64,000 bases of DNA from NCBI GenBank assembly GCA_963665095.1, contig OY762069.1, positions 2,880,001 to 2,944,000 of the forward strand, in the 5' to 3' direction. This DNA comes from an uncultured Desulfobacter sp. GTDB lineage: Bacteria > Desulfobacterota > Desulfobacteria > Desulfobacterales > Desulfobacteraceae. Made by a program: the position numbers and the translations under genes. The notes under the pieces were generated by a model. It was not told the origin of the DNA, ran no database searches, and worked only from the letters and a program-made list of their open reading frames with translations. Of this stretch, positions 48,710 through 58,692 are shown one piece after another. Every line of letters begins with the position of its first letter. Positions within the stretch are counted from its first letter, which is position 1.

Positions 48710-48841
48710 TGATAACGAGGAACTCAGCCGCCCGGGAGACGAATACCAAGCAGTTACCCGAAGTTAAATTTCTTTCAAAAAACAAGGACTTTCTTAGAAC
48801 CGCGAATCTTCCCGGGTCGGCCTTCCGAGCAGCGTTTTTGT
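48710..48841 (-). repeat. attC site interrupted at R'' by a group IIC intron
   Basis: + strand tgataac-gaggaactcagccgcccgggag ... cttcccgggtcggc...cagcgtttttgt, then the intron 5' end; central part homologous to the other long attCs. Confidence 0.8.
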
Positions 48842-50244
48842 GTGTGCCGGGCACGGTACGTGTTCTTAAAAGTGAGTCAAACGTAAACGATTTCAATGCG
48901 TTTGGCAAGTCTTAGACCCAGCCGGATGGAGGCGAAGGGTGTAGTGGTAGTGCAACGGGGTACCGGTGAAGGTGCTTCGGGGGGAAGCCGCCTTGCTGAG
49001 GCAAGGTACCACGAAGGTACGGGATGACGTACAGGAATCGGATATAAGACGCACATACCGGGACGAGCCTGCACAACAAGGTGAAGTCCTCTATCCATTA
49101 CAGGGTATGTCCGTAAATCCGGCATTCACGTACTGAAAGACACGTGTTTACCCCGGGAGATCTCCCATGTGCCGGATTGGCTGAGGGCCGGGTAACTGGT
49201 CCTGACCGCATGGGAGAAGTCAGCAGAGGGCATAGTAGTCGGAGGAAACGAGCCCTGCAAACCAGGGAGGACTCACCCCGGTGAAGGCCTGAACGGTGTC
49301 CGGGCCGAATGGTCCGGGTAAATGATAACGACAAATAGGAGATGTGTACTTGTGAATAGATCACCACAGCAGTTGGAACTGTTTCCAGCGTCACAAATTG
49401 CCGAACGTATAGGAAACAATGCCCGGTTAATGGAGATAATTCTTGAACCTAACAACATTACCCTGGCATGGAAGCATGTCTGTGCAAACAAGGGTGCCCC
49501 AGGAGTGGATGGCATGAAAACCAGCCAGCTCGGCAGCTACCTTGCAAAGCACTGGCCTGAAATCAAACAAGACCTGCTGGAATGCAGGCACCAACCGCTG
49601 CCAGTTAAAAGGAAGGAAATCCCTAAACCGGATGAAAGGTAATATGCCAATATTTAAGAGCCGGCGTGATGGTCGCAGGCATCACTGTGACCACGGAAGA
49701 GGGAACTCCCCAGGGAGGTCCTCTTTCACCGTTGCTGTCCAATATTGTGCTTGATGAGTTGGACAAGTAATTGGAGAAACGAGGACATAAATTTGTCCGA
49801 TATGCCGATGACTTCAGGATTTACTGCAAAAGCCTGAAAGCAGCCCAGCGGGTTATGCAGAGTATCACTCGGTTTCTGACCGTGAAACTCAAGCTCAAGG
49901 TAAACCAGGATAAGAGTGCTGTAAGCAGACCGTGGATAGGTAAATTTTTAGGATTCACATATTTTCAAATGTGTGGTCAGTCCAAAATTCGGGTTCATGC
50001 CAAGAGCATGAAACGGTTCAAGGACAAGGTCCGGGAATTAACCTGCCGTAAACGGGGCAAAAGTCTGTGGCAAGTGATCCAGGACTTGAACCAGTATTTC
50101 CGAGAGTGGTGGGGATATTTCCGGCTCACGGAAACCCGCTATTTTCTGAAAGAACTCAAGGTCTGGATACTGCGACGGTTGAGAAGTCTTGTTTGGAAAC
50201 AATGGAAAAACCCTGGGACCAGGGTCCGTAACCTGGAAAAACTA
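48842..50244 (+). mobile_element. Group IIC (attC-targeting) intron, 3'-truncated
   Basis: 5' GTGTGCCGGGCACGG; class C blocks ttaccccgggagatct, gagaagtcagcagagggcatagtag and gaaggcctgaac; no domain V/VI seen. Confidence 0.85.
49322..50244 (+). pseudogene. ltrA: Group II intron reverse transcriptase/maturase, decayed
   Basis: NKGAPGVDG...EIPKP; deletion/frameshift near 49635; GTPQGGPLSPLLSN; in-frame TAA 49768; RYADD and KFLGF; truncated in domain X. Confidence 0.9.
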
Positions 50245-50367
50245 ATGACTCCGACATCTGAAAATATCGTATTGCCGTCAGGTTGTGCATGTGGATGTTC
50301 CGATGTCATCCCTAATAGCATTAAGCCGTTTCATACCCATCAAGTAATCGAACTGCCTGAAATTAAA
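50242..50367 (+). mobile_element. Short fragment resembling an IS66 transposase zinc-finger region
   Basis: PTSENIVLPSGCACG...PFHTHQVIELPEIK fused in frame to the RT remnant. Confidence 0.55.
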
Positions 50368-50970
50368 TAGTGTAAAATTCTTTCTGTAAAATTGAAAAAC
50401 ACCCGGTAGAAATGGATCTGCCCATATAGGGTTGAAAGTGCCGGGTCATGACTTAAAGTTCCTTTTTTTAACCCGCTAAAATCAAAGAAGGGAACAGCAT
50501 GACCCAGCTTGGACAAGATACAGCAATTGAAACGGTTTTTGAAATAATAAATGAGAATGGTTTAGACGGCTTGGCAGAAGCAGTGTCCATTTTAATAAAC
50601 GAAGCGATGAAAATAGAACGATCTGCGGCGTTAAATGCCCGGCCTTGGGAACGAACAGATTGTCGCCAAGGGTATGCCAATGGATTTAAAGACAGGACAG
50701 TGGCCTCCCGGTTGGGCAATCTGAGCCTAAAAGTTCCCCAGGTGCGTGGAGATGTTGAGTTTCAACCCTCTGCCATAGATAAAGGTCTTCGATCCGAGAG
50801 GGCTTTAAAAATAGCCATGGCAGAAATGTATATCCAGGGTGTGTCCACGAGGAAAGTCACGGCCATGCTTGAAAAGATGTGTGGTTTGGAAGTCAGCAGC
50901 ACCCAGGTCAGCAATGCCTCGAAGCAATTGGACGAAGAGTTTGATAAATGGCGAAATAGGCCACTTGGCA
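50367..50970 (+). mobile_element. IS256 family element, truncated (transposase fragment from 50499)
   Basis: NGFKDRT...GNLSLKVPQVR, EMYIQGVSTRKV, SSTQVS and WRNRPL; ends before the DDE core; AGTGTAAAA IR-like end at ~50369. Confidence 0.88.
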
Positions 50971-51105
50971 ATAATGTCGGGCATAGCCTTTCCTCCCACC
51001 GGACAATCCCGGTTTGTTGTTTTTTTCCCGCAGTCATGCTGACGTAAAAGGCTTGGGGCAAACTTAACAACATTTATTTTTTCCAGGCCCTGAAAAGAAC
51101 AGATA

Positions 51106-51924
51106 TCACATTTGCACGGATTGTTCACCCTGTTTGCAGATGGGGAAAGCGTCAGAGCTGCAACGCTTGACAGGCAGGATGGAGACAAACCCGTCCTGTT
51201 CTTGAATACGGGCAGTTACACCATATACGGTTTTCATATTGCAGGAGGTAAAAACCTGCCGGGCATCTCCCTGGATGTGAACCTTTCCCTGGTGCAGCAT
51301 CACGATCCGGTCCGCATACCTTGCAGCCAGATTCAAGTCATGCAGGATCATGACAACTGAAATCTTTTGGGTACGGGAAAGGGAGTAAACCATATCCATG
51401 GTGTCCAGCTGGTGGGCTATATCAAGGGCGGATGTGGGCTCATCCAAAAGCAGGATCTCAGGTTCCTGGGCCAGTGCTCTGGCCATGAATACCCGCTGCC
51501 GCTGGCCCCCTGAAAGACAGTTGACCTTTTCTAAGGCAATTTGTGCAAGCCCCATTTGCTCCAGAATACCGGCCACCAGCTGAATGTCTTTCCTGCTGCT
51601 GTACCATGAGCTGTATGGACGTCTTCCCATGAGCACGGTGTCAAAAACTGTTTTTGAAAAGCAAGGGGCTTGTGTTTGCGCCATATAACCAACCTGTCTT
51701 GCATGGACTGCCGGAGTAAGCCTGCCGGCATCCACACCGTCAATGAGTACCCTGCCCGACTGAATTTTCAGCAAAGACCCCATGCATTTGATTAAGGTGC
51801 TTTTTCCACTGCCGTTGGGTCCTACAATACAGACAATCTCTCCGTAGGAAACATGGAAACTGATATCCTTTAAAACCGTTTTACTGGCATAGGAAAAATA
51901 TAATTTTTCAACATCAACCTTCAT
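51106..51924 (-). CDS. ABC transporter ATP-binding protein (FepC/BtuD-like)
   Basis: GPNGSGKST, LSGGQRQR, LLLDEPT and HDLNLAARYAD. Confidence 0.95.
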   Translation of the reverse strand: MKVDVEKLYFSYASKTVLKDISFHVSYGEIVCIVGPNGSGKSTLIKCMGSLLKIQSGRVLIDGVDAGRLTPAVHARQVGYMAQTQAPCFSKTVFDTVLMGRRPYSSWYSSRKDIQLVAGILEQMGLAQIALEKVNCLSGGQRQRVFMARALAQEPEILLLDEPTSALDIAHQLDTMDMVYSLSRTQKISVVMILHDLNLAARYADRIVMLHQGKVHIQGDARQVFTSCNMKTVYGVTARIQEQDGFVSILPVKRCSSDAFPICKQGEQSVQM

Positions 51925-52057
51925 TGTAGTGCCTTATTTTTATATAAGATCCAGGATTAAAAAAAACACCCGGATGCTTGCCTTTTAATTCGAATATTTA
52001 AAGTTCCAATACCCTTTCATCTTTTATTGTGTGCAGAAAGCCCGGCGGGTTGCTATG

Positions 52058-53137
52058 TCAGGTCAGCCCGCGGTTGTTGTAAATAATAAGGTAAACAAAC
52101 AAAGGCACACCCAGAAAAGCGGTAACCGTTCCCACCGGTAAAACAACCGGAGAGAGGATGGTTCGGGCACAGGTGTCGGACACGATCAGCAATATGGCAC
52201 CCAAAAGGCTGGATGCAGGTATCAGGACAGTATTGTCGTTGCCTGTAAAAAACCGGACCATATGCGGGGAGATCAGACCGATAAAACCTATGGTGCCGGC
52301 CAGGCTGACGATGCCTGCTACCATAACCGTTGAAACCACCATGGACAGAACGCGGACGCGCCCCACACGGATGCCCAGGCTTTTGGCTGTTTCATCCCCG
52401 TCATTGATCAGATTCAGGTTGCGGGCCTGAAACCAGAGATATGCCGTTCCACCCAAAACAAGGGGTGCCACAACGGCAATCTTGCCCCATTCGGCTTTTC
52501 CCAAATCCCCCACGGTCCAGAAAACTGCGGCCTTTACCGCATCAGGATCTCCAAAATATTGAAGAATCGTGGTCATTGCCTGGAAAAAGAACAGCAGTGC
52601 AATACCGATTAAAAGCATTGTCTGGGGCGCAGCGCCGTTTTTTGCGGAAATCATCAAAATAATCCCGGCAGACAACAAAGAAAACACAAAGGCGTTTCCA
52701 ATGACAAGATAGTGCCCAGCCATTATGCCAACCCCCGAGATAAGTGCCAGGGAGGCGCCAAAGCCTGCAGCGGCCGATATACCGCAAATATAGGGATCCG
52801 CAAGGGGGTTGCGCAAAATCACCTGCATGACCGCACCTGAAGCCCCCAATGCCATGCCTGTCAAAATCCCCATTGCGATGCGCGGCAACCGGAAATTCAG
52901 GATAATGATGCCGGTGCTGTTATCCAGCACCGGTGCATGTCCAAGGATGACCGGCCACAAAATCCCGCGGATTTCATCCAGTGAAATCTGTGCAGACCCT
53001 ATGGTAAGACTGCATAAAACCGATAATACCAGCAAAGGAAGCAGCAAAAGGCAAAACAGCCGTTTTCCCTTCCTGTATTTAATGTAAATTGTTTCAAGGC
53101 CTTTCGGCACACCTTGTTTTTCATTGTCCGAATACAT
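52058..53137 (-). CDS. FecCD/BtuC family permease
   Basis: RLPR, LRNPLADPY, GDETAKSLG and GTIGFIGL..PH. Confidence 0.95.
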   Translation of the reverse strand: MYSDNEKQGVPKGLETIYIKYRKGKRLFCLLLLPLLVLSVLCSLTIGSAQISLDEIRGILWPVILGHAPVLDNSTGIIILNFRLPRIAMGILTGMALGASGAVMQVILRNPLADPYICGISAAAGFGASLALISGVGIMAGHYLVIGNAFVFSLLSAGIILMISAKNGAAPQTMLLIGIALLFFFQAMTTILQYFGDPDAVKAAVFWTVGDLGKAEWGKIAVVAPLVLGGTAYLWFQARNLNLINDGDETAKSLGIRVGRVRVLSMVVSTVMVAGIVSLAGTIGFIGLISPHMVRFFTGNDNTVLIPASSLLGAILLIVSDTCARTILSPVVLPVGTVTAFLGVPLFVYLIIYNNRGLT

Positions 53138-53147
53138 AATAAAATAC

Positions 53148-54323
53148 TTACGACCCTGATTTTTCCGGCTTTATAAGGCAATTATACGAAGGATAGATAA
53201 ATGCACCTTTTTTATCCAGGTTGTAATCAAGCCGGATGAATTGAGTAAGATAATGCTGATGAATTGCCCGGGGATCCATATCCCTGAAGTGTTCAGGATA
53301 GAAAAGTCTGGCCATGTAAGCTACACCGACAAACATTCGCGGCGTTCCGATCAAATCCCAGCAGATGGAATATACACGCCTGTTTTTTACGGCATCGGAC
53401 ATTCTGAACTCAGGTCTTGCAAGGCTGTCACGAACATGGGTTTTCATCCCGTCATAATTTTTTGCCCCATATCCGCTGGCATACCTGGAAGGGGTATGCA
53501 GAAGAATAATTTCAGGACTCTGGGAGACAAGCCACTCTTTATCCGTTTCAAACCATTCAAAGTCATGTCCAAGATCATTGCCCGCGATATTGATACCACC
53601 GGCGGCGGGTATCTGGTATCCAAACCCCATGCATTTGTCGTTAATCGTCCAGCCCGGGCCCATTGGTTCATAATAGACCCGGACCTTGTCCCGGTCCGGG
53701 ATGCCGGCCACCCGTTCCCGGATTTTTCCCAGGGTTTCCCGCTTAAACCGGTTGTATGCAAGGGCTCCTGCCTCATGGCCGGTGATCCGGCCCAAACAGG
53801 AGACCGTATCATATGTATCATTCAGCGTATTGGTGGACATGGCGATCACCTTGACAACCGGTTCCAGCCGTTTGACGGCCATGCGGTAACTGGGTTCACA
53901 CACATAGTGGCCGTTGACAATATACGCTTTGGCACCCGAATCAATAATGGCTTCAAAGTCCGGAGATTCATGCAATGCCCCGGTTGCGGGTTTCCTGCTC
54001 AGCACCGGATAAAAAATGGGCTCCCGGGTAACGTAAGTTGTGACCATCACAACACAATCCCGGGCTCCTATTCCCACCAGGTATTCACAGTTAAAACGGC
54101 TTCCGGCGGCAATTTTTTTAAGAGGCCGGTCAATGGTAATCTTTCTTCCAAAGGCATCCGTAAACGTTACAGGCTTAAAACAGGTTCCGGCCGTCCCCAG
54201 ATCCGTGCCGGTTTCCAGATCCGGGCCACTGTCCGGGGTTTGCCCGAAACACACGATTTCTGGCATGGACAGACAGCAGAATAAAGCCGATAAAATAATA
54301 AAGAAAGAAAACCGTTTTTCCAT
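53148..54323 (-). CDS. Iron-siderophore/cobalamin-type periplasmic binding protein
   Basis: TFTDAFGRKIT, AAGGINIA, AVKNRRVY and YMARLFYPEHF; RBS AGGA before ATG 54323. Confidence 0.88.
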   Translation of the reverse strand: MEKRFSFFIILSALFCCLSMPEIVCFGQTPDSGPDLETGTDLGTAGTCFKPVTFTDAFGRKITIDRPLKKIAAGSRFNCEYLVGIGARDCVVMVTTYVTREPIFYPVLSRKPATGALHESPDFEAIIDSGAKAYIVNGHYVCEPSYRMAVKRLEPVVKVIAMSTNTLNDTYDTVSCLGRITGHEAGALAYNRFKRETLGKIRERVAGIPDRDKVRVYYEPMGPGWTINDKCMGFGYQIPAAGGINIAGNDLGHDFEWFETDKEWLVSQSPEIILLHTPSRYASGYGAKNYDGMKTHVRDSLARPEFRMSDAVKNRRVYSICWDLIGTPRMFVGVAYMARLFYPEHFRDMDPRAIHQHYLTQFIRLDYNLDKKGAFIYPSYNCLIKPEKSGS

Positions 54324-54343
54324 GTTGCATCCTTCTTTTCCCA

Positions 54344-56416
54344 TCAAAACCGGATGGATGCTGTCAGGCCCATTGACCGGGGTTCGCCAACATAGTTTGA
54401 ATAGGATGATTTGTCTGTAAAATATTCTTCATCCGTTAGATTGTCCACGTAAAGATAAATGTCCCAGCGCCCGGTTTCATACCCGATTTTGGCGTTGAAC
54501 AACTCCAGGTGATCCCGCTGAATTGTATTGCCTGCATCATAATAAACTTTGCCGTACCCGTTCATTTCTCCCCGGAAATATATCCCGGATGAATGGCGGT
54601 ATTGAGCGCTTAAGAAAAACGTATAATCGGGCGTATACGTGGGCGTATTTCCCGTATAATCGCCGTACTCATCATATTCGGCCCTGATCCAGGAAAAAGA
54701 GCCGGCAAGATCCAGGCCCTGAAACGGCCGGGATTTAACCTCCAGCTCAATCCCCTGGCTATGGGCCTTTGCGGCATTGGTTGCCACCCAGATACCGGGT
54801 TGTGGCTGACTAAAGACATGCATGTCCTTCATATCCACATAAAACAGGGACGCGTTCATGACAAGCCGCTCATCCAGCCACGATGTTTTGGCCCCGATTT
54901 CATAGTTGACAGAAGTCTCCTCATCAAACTTTGCCGTGTCTTTATCATCGGTGCAATTGTTGAATCCGCCCGCCAGGTAACCCTGGGCCACACTGAAATA
55001 GAGCAGTGCATCAGAATTGACATTCCAAAAAAGAACGCCTTTGGGCAAAAAGGCGTCCCAGTCGTCTTCATCATCCCACTGTGTTTTTGACAATTGCGCA
55101 TCTGTATCCAGGCGGGTGGTTGTACCGGTATAATCTATTGATTTTTTATTATTTTCATACCGTAACCCGGCTGTAAAATTGACCGGTCCAAAAAGGGGAA
55201 CCGTGGCCTGGCCAAAAACGGCCATGGTATCTTCATCCTGGTCATATAAAAAATCAGTCTTCATATAATAGCCAAGACTGCTTTCCAGGTTATACATATT
55301 CCCGTATTCATTTGACCAGCTGTTCTCATAGGAATAATACAAACCGCCAACCCATTTTATGCCTGAATCGTTTTGCGGTGACTGCATGCGCAATTCCTGG
55401 GTAAAGGTATTGCCTTCCAGATCCGCAAGCCGTCCGGAACTGTCACTTACCGATCCCTCCCAAAAGTCTGTTTTCGCGTTACGGTAGGTTGTTGTTGAGT
55501 TAAAGTCGGCACATGAAGCTGAATAATTGATATGTAAAGCAGAATCGTAACCATCTGAGTTCAACCTGTCATCAAGATTTTTACAGGCATGATAGGTGAT
55601 TTCATCCGAAGAAATGGCTGGTCCGACACCTTTGCGGCTCTGATCCACCCCGGCTCTGAAATTAATGTTTAAGCGGTCCGAGGGAACCCACCGGAACTGT
55701 GCCTTGGCACTTGTATTCTGCTGATCGTCAAAGGTATCCTCCCCTGGCATGTCATTGGTCATATATCCGTCAATCCGGCTATATTTGGCAGACAGGGTCA
55801 TAAGCAGTTTATCGTTGATCAAAGGACAGTTTGTAACTCCTTTAAAGCCATAGGTGCCGTTTTGTCCATATGTTGCGCTGATCTTTCCTTGGGCAATATT
55901 ATCCGGTTCTTTGGAAATAATGTTGATGATACCGCCAATGGCATTTTTCCCATACAGGGTTCCCTGGGGCCCGCGTAGAAACTCCACCCGTTCAATATTT
56001 AACAGGTCCGGATTGTAATCTGTCCGACTGTCAAGGGGGATGCCGTCCACAAAGATCACAATGGGGTTCTTCCCGGTAAAGGCGCTTTTGCCAAGCCCCC
56101 TGTAGGTAACGTTGTACCAGCCTCTGACCTGGGTTTGCAGATTCAATCCCGGAATCATGTCAAACAGGTCCACAACACTTTCAGCATCTGCATCCTCAAG
56201 TTCGGTTCCGGTAAAGGCCGTAACAGCCGCAGGCACTTCCTGGATATTTTCCGACCGTTTGTCAGCTGTAACGGTTACTGGATCAAGTGTATATGAATCA
56301 TCCTGCCCAAAGGCAGGGCTGATACATATCAAAATCTGTAAAATGATAACTCCCGCATATTGCCGGCATGTTCTGGATAATGACATCTTCTGATCTTCCT
56401 TTCCGCTCGTTTCCAT
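54344..56416 (-). CDS. TonB-dependent receptor (start 56416 or 56386)
   Basis: VTVTADKR TonB-box region, IERVEFLRGPQGTLYGKNAIGG, NLTDEEY and C-terminal F. Confidence 0.95.
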   Translation of the reverse strand: METSGKEDQKMSLSRTCRQYAGVIILQILICISPAFGQDDSYTLDPVTVTADKRSENIQEVPAAVTAFTGTELEDADAESVVDLFDMIPGLNLQTQVRGWYNVTYRGLGKSAFTGKNPIVIFVDGIPLDSRTDYNPDLLNIERVEFLRGPQGTLYGKNAIGGIINIISKEPDNIAQGKISATYGQNGTYGFKGVTNCPLINDKLLMTLSAKYSRIDGYMTNDMPGEDTFDDQQNTSAKAQFRWVPSDRLNINFRAGVDQSRKGVGPAISSDEITYHACKNLDDRLNSDGYDSALHINYSASCADFNSTTTYRNAKTDFWEGSVSDSSGRLADLEGNTFTQELRMQSPQNDSGIKWVGGLYYSYENSWSNEYGNMYNLESSLGYYMKTDFLYDQDEDTMAVFGQATVPLFGPVNFTAGLRYENNKKSIDYTGTTTRLDTDAQLSKTQWDDEDDWDAFLPKGVLFWNVNSDALLYFSVAQGYLAGGFNNCTDDKDTAKFDEETSVNYEIGAKTSWLDERLVMNASLFYVDMKDMHVFSQPQPGIWVATNAAKAHSQGIELEVKSRPFQGLDLAGSFSWIRAEYDEYGDYTGNTPTYTPDYTFFLSAQYRHSSGIYFRGEMNGYGKVYYDAGNTIQRDHLELFNAKIGYETGRWDIYLYVDNLTDEEYFTDKSSYSNYVGEPRSMGLTASIRF

Positions 56417-56509
56417 TTGATACGTATAACTGCCACCGGCGCACAGTTGTGTTGCCGGTGAACACGTTGGTAAATGAAAGGAACTATACAGGGAAAAGCA
56501 GATCAGAAA

Positions 56510-56545
56510 TGGTAAAATTATCCGCTATTTTTGGTAAAATTATCC
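56510..56545. promoter_or_regulatory. Perfect 14-bp direct repeat, 22-bp period (putative regulator site)
   Basis: TGGTAAAATTATCC at 56510-56523 and 56532-56545, upstream of the receptor gene. Confidence 0.6.
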
Positions 56546-56569
56546 ATTTTTACAAAGGGAATGCTTATG

Positions 56570-58431
56570 AAGGGTGTTGAAACCATCCAAATTTTCATAA
56601 AGTTTATGGGTTGCCTATATTTTCGATGGCATTTTTCCAGCAGTCCTATTGCCTAAAATGGTCGTATTATGATCTGATTTTTGTTTTTAACCGTTTCAAA
56701 CAACGTTGAATCTGGTTCATTCTGTAATTCAGATTCACATAGACACATTCCTATCAATAGGCGTGAAAAAAATTCAACCTATCATTTTAAATTTTATCCG
56801 GTGGCCGCGAATAACTCCTTTTGTCCATCATCTTTTTTCTTCGGGTTATGCCTGGTTCCAGCCATTTCAATCAACAATGTGACGATCGTTGTAAATGCAG
56901 ATCGAACAACGACCCCATGCTGGCTTCTCACCCTTGTTTGTTCAAGTCCTTCTCTTTTCTTCATCAAATTGAAAGGACGTTCACAGTTCTTCCGAATGTC
57001 GATTGCTTTTTTGGAATGATAATGAAAAGTTGGCATTGGCTGAAAATGGCCGTTGTCAAAACCAATAATTCTTGATTTGGGACAAGTTGATTCAAATATG
57101 CATTCACCAGGATTGGCAGCACACCCGAACTCATGGCCTTCCGGTGTGGCACCTATAAATTCCATTGGAATTTCGCAAGAGTCATCACAGGTGACTCTCA
57201 ACGGAGAGTCCAAAACATTATCAGGAAGTTTTGCTTTTTCAGATGCCGGGGCCACAACATAAACACCGGTTTCCTTCAGGACAGAACCGTTACTGTCGTG
57301 ATAAGCCTGGTCGGCGGTTATTAATTTCATATCAATACCCAGTGCCTGTGCAAGCTTAATCAATGGTTTTAAAAACAGGCTGTCGTGATGATTTGCTGCG
57401 CCCACAACAGAGACCAAAGGAAAACTATGGCCCGTTTCGGGGTTTATTGCAGTTAAAGTGTGGAGTCTGTATCCGATAACATAAAATGACTTATCCCTTT
57501 TGTTTCTGCGTTTTCCACAGTCAGAATCCAGATCGGAATAAATGCGTATTTTCTTTCCCTTAACTTTGATTGTGCAAAGAGGATAATTGATTTCGGACGG
57601 CAACTCGGATGAATCAACACCATGAATAACAGTATTCTCCAGACAGCCTGATTTATAAAAATAATGGAGGAAATACACCAGGACATTCATCAACTGAACA
57701 AATCGCAGCCCATTCCGGAAATGACACAGTTCGGTATGATCAACCTGGTTTTTGGTGTTTAGAGCTAATCCTACAAAACGCCTGTTTTGTTTTCGTTCTC
57801 TGCCGAAATATTCATCACTGCAAAATTTTCTGTAGCTGATTTCAGGGTATTTGATGATTTTCAAAAGCTCCATCCGAAATAGCTGATAGGGTTGGATATC
57901 TCTGTGTGGAGCAGAATACCCTTCTGGGGCAATCAGGCTGTTGATAATTTGGTTATCTAAAAGCTGGTCAACAAACTGCAGTTCTTCATCCACAATTTCA
58001 GGATATGGTTTTCTTAGCCGGTCGAAATCAAACAGGTTATCAGAATGGAAGTTATCAATATACATAGCCATTTCCTGAAGATTGCGAATTCCCCCAGACG
58101 GGCTTTGATCTTCAATGCCCGTAAGCTTTTCGATGGGAAGACCCAATTCTTGGGAGTAATCATAATTATCCACAACCTCAATCATGATTTCTCTGGTCAG
58201 TTCTTTCTTGGACTTCCTGGTCATATTTTTCCAGTTCGGAAAATCTTTTTTCAATTGATTTGTAATGATTCGCCTGATATTTTTCTCGTGCATAATGCCT
58301 CTGTTTTTGTGTTTTGTTTTCTGAATTAAGCAGCTTAAAATAATACACTTAAACAGAGGTTTTTTCAATCTTTAACTGATTGAATTTTAAATAAATTTTG
58401 CTAATTTCTCGCTATCGATTTCAACACCCTT
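56570..58431 (-). mobile_element. Insertion sequence (DDE, IS4/IS5/IS1182-like superfamily)
   Basis: Terminal IRs AAGGGTGTTGAAA (56570-82) and TTTCAACACCCTT (58419-31) around a transposase; no target duplication identified. Confidence 0.85.
56794..58293 (-). CDS. DDE transposase
   Basis: HGVDSS, GYRLH, ITADQAY and RKNCERPFNLMK; RBS AGAGG before ATG 58293. Confidence 0.88.
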   Translation of the reverse strand: MHEKNIRRIITNQLKKDFPNWKNMTRKSKKELTREIMIEVVDNYDYSQELGLPIEKLTGIEDQSPSGGIRNLQEMAMYIDNFHSDNLFDFDRLRKPYPEIVDEELQFVDQLLDNQIINSLIAPEGYSAPHRDIQPYQLFRMELLKIIKYPEISYRKFCSDEYFGRERKQNRRFVGLALNTKNQVDHTELCHFRNGLRFVQLMNVLVYFLHYFYKSGCLENTVIHGVDSSELPSEINYPLCTIKVKGKKIRIYSDLDSDCGKRRNKRDKSFYVIGYRLHTLTAINPETGHSFPLVSVVGAANHHDSLFLKPLIKLAQALGIDMKLITADQAYHDSNGSVLKETGVYVVAPASEKAKLPDNVLDSPLRVTCDDSCEIPMEFIGATPEGHEFGCAANPGECIFESTCPKSRIIGFDNGHFQPMPTFHYHSKKAIDIRKNCERPFNLMKKREGLEQTRVRSQHGVVVRSAFTTIVTLLIEMAGTRHNPKKKDDGQKELFAATG

Positions 58432-58692
58432 TAACAGCATATTGCTTACGTAAAATGGACAATTTTGTATTTCCGGATCAATTCTCAACTGGAATTAACC
58501 ATTTCCGGTTGAAAAATTCAAAGTAAATTTAATAAGTAAAGAAAGTTTTCCGTTCAGAATTTTGTTATTCACTGTTTTTTAGATAAACACAGTTTCTTTG
58601 CCTGTTTTGAATAGGGGTTATGGGCCGGGACTGCAGGTTTTGAAATCACGGGCTGCCTGAAATCGACATACCTTTTCCGGGGCAATGTACCC

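Noticed and set aside
45533..48841. CRISPR array or simple terminators as the explanation of the repeats
   Set aside because: The repeats are long, imperfect and separated by whole genes, with attC-type ends; no cas genes
49322..50370. Retron, DGR or defence-type reverse transcriptase
   Set aside because: Flanking RNA motifs and the NKGAPGVDG / PQGGPLSP / domain X sequence identify a class C group II intron RT, and it is broken
53241..54284. 347-aa + strand ORF
   Set aside because: Antisense shadow of the periplasmic binding protein
56417..56570. Cobalamin riboswitch upstream of the TonB receptor
   Set aside because: Only a small hairpin containing caactgt; no GGGAA/B12-box architecture
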